A DNA stretch of 64,000 bases from the human T2T-CHM13v2.0 reference genome, Homo sapiens. How positions within the stretch are numbered: the first letter of the stretch is position 1; each line of letters begins with the position of its first letter. The DNA lies in the NCBI RefSeq assembly GCF_009914755.1, contig NC_060929.1; one strand, written 5' to 3'. The translations under genes were made by a program, and so were the position numbers. Below, one piece after another: positions 63,301 to 64,000 of this stretch. Under the pieces are notes generated by a model, which worked only from the letters and a program-made list of their open reading frames with translations, was not told where the DNA came from and ran no database searches.

Positions 63301-64000
63301 GTGTATTCAACTGACAGAGTTGAAGGATCCTTTACACAGAGCAGACTTGTAACACACTTTTTGTGGAATTTGCAAGTGGAGATTTCAGCCGCTTTGAGGT
63401 CAATGGTAGAAAAGGAAATCTCTTCGTATAAAAACTAGACAGAATGATTCTCAGAAACTCCTTTGTGATGTGTGCGTTCAACTCACAGAGTTTAACCTTT
63501 CTTTTCATAGAGCAGTTAGGAAACACTCTGTTTGTAAAGTCTGCAAGTGGATATTCAGACCTCTTTGAGGCCTTCGTTGGAAACGGGATTTCTTCATACT
63601 GTGCTAGACAGAAGAATTCTCAGTAACTTCCTTGTGTTGTGTGTATTCAACTCACAGAGTTGAACGATCCTTTACACAGAGCGGACTTGAAACACTCTTT
63701 TTGTGGAATTTGCAAGTGGAGATTTCAGCCGCGTTGAGGTCAATGGTAGAAAAGGAAATATCTTCGTATAAAAACTAGACAGAATGATTCTCAGAAACTC
63801 CTTTGTGATGTGTGCGTTCAACTCACAGAGTTTAACCTTTCTTTTCATAGAGCAGTTAGGAAACACTCTGTTTGTAAAGTCTGCAAGTGGATATTCAGAC
63901 CTCTTTGAGGCCTTCGTTGGAAACGGGTTTTTTTCATATAAGGCTAGACAGAAGAATTCCCAGTAACTTCCATGTGTTGTGTGTGTTCAACTCACAGAGT
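48379..64000 (+). repeat. 18-, 14-, 18-, 16- and 14-mer HORs plus a partial unit; no 12-mers
   Basis: E at 48379, 51438, 53816, 56875, 59594 and 61973 (spacings 3059, 2378, 3059, 2719, 2379). Confidence 0.93.
50318..50334 (+). promoter_or_regulatory. Disrupted CENP-B box, singleton (TTCG>TTCT)
   Basis: cttctttggaaacgggt carries G>T at 50322. Confidence 0.88.

Larger units (their letters stand above)
1..64000 (+). repeat. Centromeric alpha-satellite HOR array, SF1 dimeric (J1/J2) type, ~188 x 340-bp dimers, single orientation
   Basis: Alphoid consensus motifs (cattctcagaaact, ttcaactcacagagtt, ttgaaacactctttttgtggaatttgcaagtgga) recur every ~170 bp. CENP-B boxes lie at 25, 365, 705, 1045 and onward (340-bp period), and gaattc at 67, 407, 747 and onward (the classic EcoRI 340-bp dimer family). 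No non-alphoid sequence was seen. Confidence 0.99.
1..64000 (+). repeat. Probable active array of human chromosome 1/5/19 (D1Z7/D5Z2/D19Z3, S1C1/5/19H1L family)
   Basis: The dimers are very similar to each other, HOR variants differ by whole dimers, every second monomer has a CENP-B box, and 1020-bp (6-mer) sub-periods occur. The assignment is from recall of the family, not from an alignment. The specific chromosome is not determinable here. Confidence 0.75.

Noticed and set aside
125-63966. Many 60-113 aa ORFs on both strands (MFPNCSMKRK..., MILRNSF..., MQLASGDF...)
   Set aside because: They recur with the 340-bp period, overlap on opposite strands, often use non-ATG starts and are gained or lost through single substitutions or indels. 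They are chance reading frames of satellite DNA, and I used them only as position markers.
1-64000. CRISPR-like or diversity-generating repeat system
   Set aside because: There are no unique spacers and no associated genes. The sequence between motifs is itself repeated.
1-64000. Transposon insertion (L1/Alu) or inversion within the array
   Set aside because: No non-alphoid sequence, poly-A tail or reverse-oriented CENP-B box was seen, and all unit lengths are within a few bp of multiples of 340.
1-64000. Claim that this window is the CENP-A/kinetochore site, or assignment to one specific chromosome
   Set aside because: This needs chromatin or methylation data and alignment to chromosome-specific variants. 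It cannot be supported from the sequence by eye.

Overview
The whole 64-kb window is an uninterrupted, single-orientation tandem array of primate (most likely human) centromeric alpha-satellite. It holds about 188 dimers of 340 bp (about 376 monomers of 169-171 bp), with one CENP-B box and one EcoRI site per dimer. This is suprachromosomal family 1 (J1/J2) organisation, best matching the active array shared by chromosomes 1, 5 and 19 (D1Z7/D5Z2/D19Z3); I cannot assign the chromosome by eye. I found no genes, transposon insertions or inversions, and the ORF track is a repeat artefact, so there is no novel protein-coding system here. The interest lies in the internal structure. Six dimer types are labelled here A-F: A 'gagcggact..gccgcgttg', B 'gcaaatgg..ggataatttg', C 'tgtaacac..gaagtcaaagg..cctataaacac', D 'ggatattttg..cctgtaagg', E 'gtgcaattgg..cccacaaactgcg..tgacatcttgtgg' (339 bp), F 'gtccatgg..aaactctg..catactgtgc'. 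They are assembled into 8-, 12-, 14-, 16- and 18-mer higher-order repeats (HORs). These show a left-right size gradient, hybrid dimers with mappable crossover windows, short conversion-like tracts, multi-HOR duplications, haplotype blocks and an expanded lineage with a broken CENP-B box. All comparisons were made by eye; coordinates of boundaries are approximate.
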